Source of the DNA: Candidatus Altiarchaeota archaeon
GTDB lineage: Archaea; Altiarchaeota; Altiarchaeia; IMC4; SCGC-AAA252-I15
NCBI GenBank assembly: GCA_043800255.1
Contig: JAZDNF010000001.1
Location: 192,001 to 256,000, forward strand
Direction: 5' to 3'
Length of the DNA: 64,000 bases
Position 1 is the first letter of the stretch, and each line of letters starts with the position of its first letter. The notes under the pieces are model-generated. The model was given only the letters and a program-made list of their open reading frames with translations, did not search any database and was not told where the DNA came from. Shown here piece after piece: positions 58,726-64,000 of the stretch. Both the position numbers and the translations under genes were made by a program.

Positions 58726-59170
58726 CGGTGGCAGCGACAGATATTCCGGGAGAAAACGTTACACGTCTGAGACCAAAATCGTAAGGCCTGCAAAAAATAC
58801 GTCAGAGCGGCCGGCCGCGCAGTCCTCAAGCAAGGAGTCGACCTTCCTCAGCAAGCTGGCCAGATCAGCCGGCAATGAGGGTGGCGGAGGCTATGTGAAA
58901 ACAGGCTGGATGTCAACCTCAGTTGACAAGAACTCACCTGCCTACAATCTCCAGTCAAGGCTTAAGTGGGTGGAGACCGCCTACAAGCAGGAAAACGCTC
59001 CTGCCAGTGGAGTTACTCCCGTCAGTGGAGTCCAATCTCCAGCCATCGACCCCGGAATAACGGTAGAAATAGCAACAATGAGGCAGAGACTGCAGAACAT
59101 GATATGCGAAATGCAGTCATTTGAGAAGGATCTCTCCTCGCTGGAAGTGAGGCTTCAGCCTCCGAAATAG
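58718..59170 (+). CDS. hypothetical protein, disordered with C-terminal coiled coil
   Basis: ATG overlaps the sepF end; heptad-like C-terminal helix. Confidence 0.65.
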   Translation: MDDGGSDRYSGRKRYTSETKIVRPAKNTSERPAAQSSSKESTFLSKLARSAGNEGGGGYVKTGWMSTSVDKNSPAYNLQSRLKWVETAYKQENAPASGVTPVSGVQSPAIDPGITVEIATMRQRLQNMICEMQSFEKDLSSLEVRLQPPK

Positions 59171-59175
59171 CCGGT

Positions 59176-60354
59176 CTACTTGCCTGAAATCCACGTTAGA
59201 GCCTCCCTGAGGGTGTCACTCCAGAGGCCCCAACTGTGGCCCTGATGGTATCTCCTGAACTCTAAGGCTCTGACTGACTTGTTCTCCTTGAGGTCTGAGT
59301 AGAGCCAGATGTTCGAACTTATGTTATCCCAATCGTAGGTTCCGACTATCATGAACACTCTCGCAGGATAGAAGGCGTCTGAAATCTCGTTGCCGTAAGG
59401 CTTCCCATACCCCCTCTCATAGGCGCAGGATAACGCCCCAGAATGGCACAGGATGTTCCCGAACTTTTCCGGGTGGGCGTAGACTGCGTATGCTGTCAGG
59501 TTCCCTCCAGCAGACGCTCCCACTAGAGTAGTACCGTCCGCATCAGTCCTAACATTATGCTCTCCCTTAACCCATGGCATAAGCTCATCGGTCAGGAATT
59601 TCAGGTAAATGTCCCTGCCGTCTGACATGTAGTCCGCCTCCCTGTCTATGGGGTCAACGTAGACGGCAACCACTGGTTCGATGTCGCCCCTGTCTATCAT
59701 GTAATCCAAGATGTCTGCCGCCCTGCCCAGCCTGAGGTAGTCGCTTCCATCGTTGAAGTATATCACCTCATGCTCTCTCTCCTTCTCATAGCCGGGTGGC
59801 AGGTAGATGCTGACATCCCTCTTAGCGCGCGTCACCTTCCCGTTGACAACTGCATCGCATTCGAACACGTGCCTGGTCACTCTTCCCCTGGGAACGCCTT
59901 CAGATTTTTCAGTCTCCGGGTGCTGCGGGTATCCTGGCATCCTGAGCTCGGAGTTTGCGCCGAAGCCTCCGACGCAGGCTTTCGGGTTCAGGGTGTCCAT
60001 CACGAATCTGCTGCCGTCGATGAGGAACTTGTAGTCGAGCCTTGCGTCCTCCTCATAGCATCCCATGACATACGAGAGGTCGGTTCCCGTCACCCTGGTC
60101 ATGGGCATGGGCAGCGTCTGCCAGCAGCTCATGTCGCCTACCAGCTCAACCCTGCTGCCAGAACCCCTATGGACGAACAGCACCTCATGCCCTGCGATGA
60201 CCGGGAAATCAAGCAAGCCTTCGACGTTCTTGAACTCGGAGTCCACGTAATCCTGCCTTCTCCCGAGCGGGAGATTCTCAACATCCTTGACAAAATCGAG
60301 AAAAACTCTTATGCCATCCGCAACCTTCCCGCTCTCCATCGAGACATCCTCCAT
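59176..60354 (-). CDS. Fes/enterochelin-esterase-like alpha/beta hydrolase with N-terminal E-set domain
   Basis: V.LVGD...W, YKF.IDG...D.LNP, IYLPPGY, GASAGG nucleophile elbow, GHSW..W. Confidence 0.9.
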   Translation of the reverse strand: MEDVSMESGKVADGIRVFLDFVKDVENLPLGRRQDYVDSEFKNVEGLLDFPVIAGHEVLFVHRGSGSRVELVGDMSCWQTLPMPMTRVTGTDLSYVMGCYEEDARLDYKFLIDGSRFVMDTLNPKACVGGFGANSELRMPGYPQHPETEKSEGVPRGRVTRHVFECDAVVNGKVTRAKRDVSIYLPPGYEKEREHEVIYFNDGSDYLRLGRAADILDYMIDRGDIEPVVAVYVDPIDREADYMSDGRDIYLKFLTDELMPWVKGEHNVRTDADGTTLVGASAGGNLTAYAVYAHPEKFGNILCHSGALSCAYERGYGKPYGNEISDAFYPARVFMIVGTYDWDNISSNIWLYSDLKENKSVRALEFRRYHQGHSWGLWSDTLREALTWISGK

Positions 60355-60382
60355 TATACTAACTCAGCTTATTATCCTATAA

Positions 60383-60649
60383 GTCCATTCCAAATATGAT
60401 GGCAGATGCAACAAGGTTTTTGACTATGAGAAAAACGCTGTTGAGCGTCTGATAAAGGTTAATGGCTCTCAGCGAGTTATTGACATCCTTCTAAGAGCTG
60501 ATGAGATTGTTGTCAGAGCGGCTATTGATGATTCTGGTGGCTTTGAGCGGGCGCAGGAAGAGTTGATTAAGGCGGATGAAGGAATATCTAACTGTAAGTA
60601 TATGCCGGCTGTCGATAGTTATAAGAAGGCGTGGGAGTTGACATTTTAA
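60383..60649 (+). pseudogene. 5'-truncated remnant of a helical C-terminal domain
   Basis: Startless 88-codon frame KVFDYEKNAVERL...LLRADE...AQEELIKAD...AVDSYKKAWELTF at the island edge. Confidence 0.5.
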
Positions 60650-60652
60650 AAG

Positions 60653-61642
60653 ATGAACCTACTCGTAACTGGTGGCTCTGGATTTATCGGAAGTCATCTG
60701 GTTGAGGCGTTAGTCGGAAAGGGCCATAGTGTGAGATGCTTGGTTAGAAAAACAAGTAATGTTGATTTTCTGAACGAGATGGGTGTAGAGTTAGTATCTG
60801 GCGATATAACTGAAAAAGAGTCATTGAAACATTGCTTTAAGGACGTTGATGTTGTATACCACCTTGCTTCCATAAGGGGCGAGAAAAAAATCCCAAGAGA
60901 GATGTACTGGAATGTCAACGTAACTGGAACTAAAAACGTTATGGAATCAGCTTATGATTCCGGGGTGAAGAAGTTCCTATTCTGCAGCTCTATAGGAGTT
61001 CTTGGTTGGATTGACAAATTGCCGGGTAATGAGAATTTTCCGTATAATCCGCAAGGGAACTATCATATAACAAAGTGCGAGGCTGAAAAGCGTGTATCGA
61101 AGTTCTCTTATGAAAAGAAATTCCAAACAGTAGTCATAAGGCCGGTTATGTCCTATGGGCTTAGAGATCTGGATGGCATGTTGTTCAATCTGACACGATT
61201 GATAACAGACAAAAGATTTTTGATCATTGGAAATGGAAAAAATTATATGCATCTTGTCAATGTGAAGAATTTGGTAAAGGGATTTATTCTGGCCATGGAA
61301 AAGGAAAGTGCCAGCGGAACTTATATAATTGCAGACAAAGAGCCAATTACCGTAAATGAACTAGTAACTATTGTTTCTGAAACTATTGGTGCTAACGTAC
61401 CATCGATCCATATACCCTTGAATTTTGCCAAAATAGCCGGATATATCATGGAAAAAACATATACGATTATCCCTACGAAATCCGAGCCGTTTATCACTCC
61501 CTATAAGATAGATCTGATGAGCAAGTCCAGATACTATGACATAACAAAGGCCATAAACGAATTAGAATATGTGCCTGAGATGTCTACCCCTGATGGGATA
61601 GTAGAGACTGTCAGATGGTATACGGAAAATGGTCATGTCTGA
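60653..61642 (+). CDS. NAD-dependent epimerase/dehydratase (extended SDR)
   Basis: TGGSGFIG, HLAS, NV.GT.N, YHITK (YxxxK). Confidence 0.93.
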   Translation: MNLLVTGGSGFIGSHLVEALVGKGHSVRCLVRKTSNVDFLNEMGVELVSGDITEKESLKHCFKDVDVVYHLASIRGEKKIPREMYWNVNVTGTKNVMESAYDSGVKKFLFCSSIGVLGWIDKLPGNENFPYNPQGNYHITKCEAEKRVSKFSYEKKFQTVVIRPVMSYGLRDLDGMLFNLTRLITDKRFLIIGNGKNYMHLVNVKNLVKGFILAMEKESASGTYIIADKEPITVNELVTIVSETIGANVPSIHIPLNFAKIAGYIMEKTYTIIPTKSEPFITPYKIDLMSKSRYYDITKAINELEYVPEMSTPDGIVETVRWYTENGHV

Positions 61643-62423
61643 AAAAAATTATGATGAGGGTCTTGGAACCGTGTATGAGCGTTTTATCTTGAACGACATA
61701 TTCAAAGGGATATTACAAAAGAACAGAATAACTTCTGTTCTGGAAGCTCCGATATACGGCATGACTGGAATTACTGGAATAAACAGCGTGTATTTTGCTT
61801 TGAGAGGATGTCATGTGACATTGGTTGACGTGAATGAGAATAGATTAAAGTCTGTTGATGAAATTTGGAACGAAGTTGGATTACGGGATAGCGTTACCCT
61901 AGTCTATGAAAAGAATCTCAGTGAACTTCCCTTTGAAGACAATTCATTCGATATCGTATGGAATTTTGCAGCTTTGCAACATGTTGAAAACGCACCATTA
62001 TTGATAAAAGAGCTCATAAGGGTGTCTAAACATCTTATTTTTATTTCAATCCAGAATAAGGCACAGATGGGGTATAAATTGAGAAAATATCTGTTGCAAA
62101 GGGATTCTTTTAAGAGCATATACGAGAGATGGATGGATATCGATTGGATAAAAAAGACGTTTGAGGAAAATAATGTAAGAACGGTTGAGGATGGCGTCTT
62201 TGATATTCCGCCATGGCCTGATACGTGTATGCCTGTGAATAGATTTTTTGGCGATAAGCGCAAGTCAGCGTGGAACTGGAACATCGTGGATTATTACCTG
62301 AAAAAGGACATAAATCTTAGAGATAGGATAGATAGATACAAGTTTATAGAGAATTCAGGAATTCCAGAAAAAGTAAAGTCTCTGTGGGCGCATCACAGAT
62401 ATGTCCTTGGAGTAAAGACGTAG
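61629..62423 (+). CDS. class I SAM-dependent methyltransferase-like protein
   Basis: LPFEDNSFDIVWNFAAL.H, EL.RVS; atypical motif I (VLEAPIYGMTG); D.PPWPD. Confidence 0.8.
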   Translation: MVMSEKNYDEGLGTVYERFILNDIFKGILQKNRITSVLEAPIYGMTGITGINSVYFALRGCHVTLVDVNENRLKSVDEIWNEVGLRDSVTLVYEKNLSELPFEDNSFDIVWNFAALQHVENAPLLIKELIRVSKHLIFISIQNKAQMGYKLRKYLLQRDSFKSIYERWMDIDWIKKTFEENNVRTVEDGVFDIPPWPDTCMPVNRFFGDKRKSAWNWNIVDYYLKKDINLRDRIDRYKFIENSGIPEKVKSLWAHHRYVLGVKT

Positions 62424-62432
62424 GTTGATACT

Positions 62433-63152
62433 ATGGGGATTCAGAAAGATATTTATGAGAGGTATTGGACTGATGGCGGTCCAGTCATAGGATCGTATAT
62501 GCATTGGAGACTGGAATTGCTGAAGAATTATATAAAAAATAATAAACGTATCCTTGATGTCGGCTGCGGTGATGGCAATGCAAGCGGTAATTTTACAAGA
62601 GATAACGATTTGTTTGGAATTGATATATCCCAAGTTGCCTTAAAGAAAGCTCTTGAAAGAAGATTAAGGGTATGTGCATGCAATATAGATGATGGCGAAT
62701 TTCCGTTTAAGGACGGCTCGTTTGACCTGGTTTTAATACTTGACGTTCTTGAACACATAATAAACCCTGCAACCGTGCTAAAGGAAGCTAGGAGGGTATC
62801 GTCAGAGACGGGGTTGATGATAGTCACCGTGCCGAATGGTTTAAACCTTATGAACAGACTCTACTTTTTGAGCGGTAAGTTTGTAGACGTTTTTGACCAG
62901 AATCACAGGTATAAGGACAGATTGTTTACAGAACATATACGACTTTTCTCCAAAGAAGTTTTAGAAAAGATGGTCGTAGACGAAGGTCTTGAGATAGTGG
63001 ATAGGCATTACTATTTTCCGAGCAGATTTGAAGAAACGAACTGGAAGAAATTTCAGACGATTGGAGATATCATATACAAGACGGATTTATACCGAAGAAT
63101 GCCCACATTGTTTTCACTGGGACTTTTTTATGTATTAACGAAGTCAACTTAG
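62433..63152 (+). CDS. class I SAM-dependent methyltransferase
   Basis: ILDVGCGDG, GIDIS, FPF.DGSFD.V, DVLEH, TVPN. Confidence 0.92.
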   Translation: MGIQKDIYERYWTDGGPVIGSYMHWRLELLKNYIKNNKRILDVGCGDGNASGNFTRDNDLFGIDISQVALKKALERRLRVCACNIDDGEFPFKDGSFDLVLILDVLEHIINPATVLKEARRVSSETGLMIVTVPNGLNLMNRLYFLSGKFVDVFDQNHRYKDRLFTEHIRLFSKEVLEKMVVDEGLEIVDRHYYFPSRFEETNWKKFQTIGDIIYKTDLYRRMPTLFSLGLFYVLTKST

Positions 63153-63261
63153 TGCTGACGAGTCTCTCGAGGAACCGGTTAAGGGCGTACCGCTCATACG
63201 CCGTCCCATAGCCCTCATCCAACAGCATCAGATAAGCTTGAAGTTCCTCTGCGGGGGTCAT
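63149..63261 (-). pseudogene. N-terminal fragment of a methyltransferase paralogous to 61629-62423
   Basis: DEGYGTAYERYALNRFL vs DEGLGTVYERFILNDIF; homology ends where the AT-rich block begins. Confidence 0.65.
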
Positions 63262-64000
63262 AGCAGCCTCCAGAGAACCCTTAAAAGCGTCTTCGGGTTC
63301 ACGAGCATGTTAGTGTAGGCGGCGTTCGCAAGCGGGCAGTAGCACCTGCTTTCCCTCACGGTTTTCCTCATGCTCTCAGCTCGCTCAGAAAACCACAGCT
63401 TCTTGAAATCATAATCGCATTCCCTGAGGTTGCCCACAGGATCGGCCTTGATGCAGCAGAACCAGACGTCGCCGTCAGCAGAAATCTGCGCGGAAGCTAT
63501 GCCAGCATAACACGGGATTATCTGACGTTTATCCGAGAGCATCCTTTTCACGTTCTCATAATACTCCAACCTGAACGCCTGGGTAATCCTCGAAGTTCCC
63601 CCATAGTCTTTCATCCTCGTCCTGCTGGTGATATAGCCTATGGCCTTGGAGTAGTCCTCCTGGGAGGGAGTCACTCCGCTCCCGACGTTGTCCAGTTCGA
63701 CGCGCTCCTCTGCAATCTCCGTGATGTAGGAGTCGGGCTTGAGCTCGCTCATAACGTAGTCATAGATATGGGGGATATCACTGACATTGTGCCTGGAGAT
63801 GACCGTGTGGATGCCGACAGAGAGGTTCCTATTCCTCAGCTTCCTGAGGCCACGGTAAGTCTCAACAGCCCTCTCAAAATTCCCCCTCACGCCCCGGATC
63901 CTATCATGTTTTTCTCCGATGCCGTCCAGCGAGAGGTTCACAATCCAGCTGGTGTTCGGCGCGGCTTCAGTGATTGCCTTAACAGTGTCTGGTATGCTAC
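63258..64000 (-). CDS. radical SAM/SPASM-domain protein (5' end outside window)
   Basis: SLDG....HD.IRGV.G.FERA; C.AG.....I..DGDV..CC, VGNL.E..F..LW, C.C. Confidence 0.88.
   Translation of the reverse strand, partial: SIPDTVKAITEAAPNTSWIVNLSLDGIGEKHDRIRGVRGNFERAVETYRGLRKLRNRNLSVGIHTVISRHNVSDIPHIYDYVMSELKPDSYITEIAEERVELDNVGSGVTPSQEDYSKAIGYITSRTRMKDYGGTSRITQAFRLEYYENVKRMLSDKRQIIPCYAGIASAQISADGDVWFCCIKADPVGNLRECDYDFKKLWFSERAESMRKTVRESRCYCPLANAAYTNMLVNPKTLLRVLWRLL

Overview
Archaeal genomic window. The evidence is BHB-type tRNA introns, TATA/BRE promoters, FtsZ-PRC barrel-SepF, and many lineage-specific secreted proteins; an Altiarchaeota/DPANN-like lineage is only an inference. Core content: ferredoxin-grpE-dnaK-dnaJ; a LeuCD-like dehydratase, a beta-decarboxylating dehydrogenase and a probable Re-citrate synthase; serC-like/serA; three tRNA genes (Ala-GGC and Thr-TGT with introns, Pro-GGG); DEAD-box helicase, radical SAM proteins, transporters, a histidine kinase, an m5C RNA methyltransferase operon, psd-pssA and a cell-division cluster. 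AT-rich accessory blocks lie at about 1-3.7 kb (PRTase-DprA, STAND-like ATPase, tRNA-like element), about 22.1-24.4 kb and about 60.6-63.15 kb. Four observations stand out. (1) Five secreted proteins of four architectures all end in a C-terminal GWNL[IV]S[IM]PL motif, clustered around psd-pssA: a candidate new surface sorting/anchoring signal. (2) A family of covarying hairpin plus mirror-repeat (intrastrand triplex-like) elements lies both inside tRNA introns and beside tRNA genes. (3) A Ser-type tRNA-like RNA has a 9-nt anticodon loop. (4) A duplicated N-terminal leader is fused to different C-terminal domains and brackets a cluster of large enzyme-like proteins. All calls come from reading motifs by eye; no searches were run.
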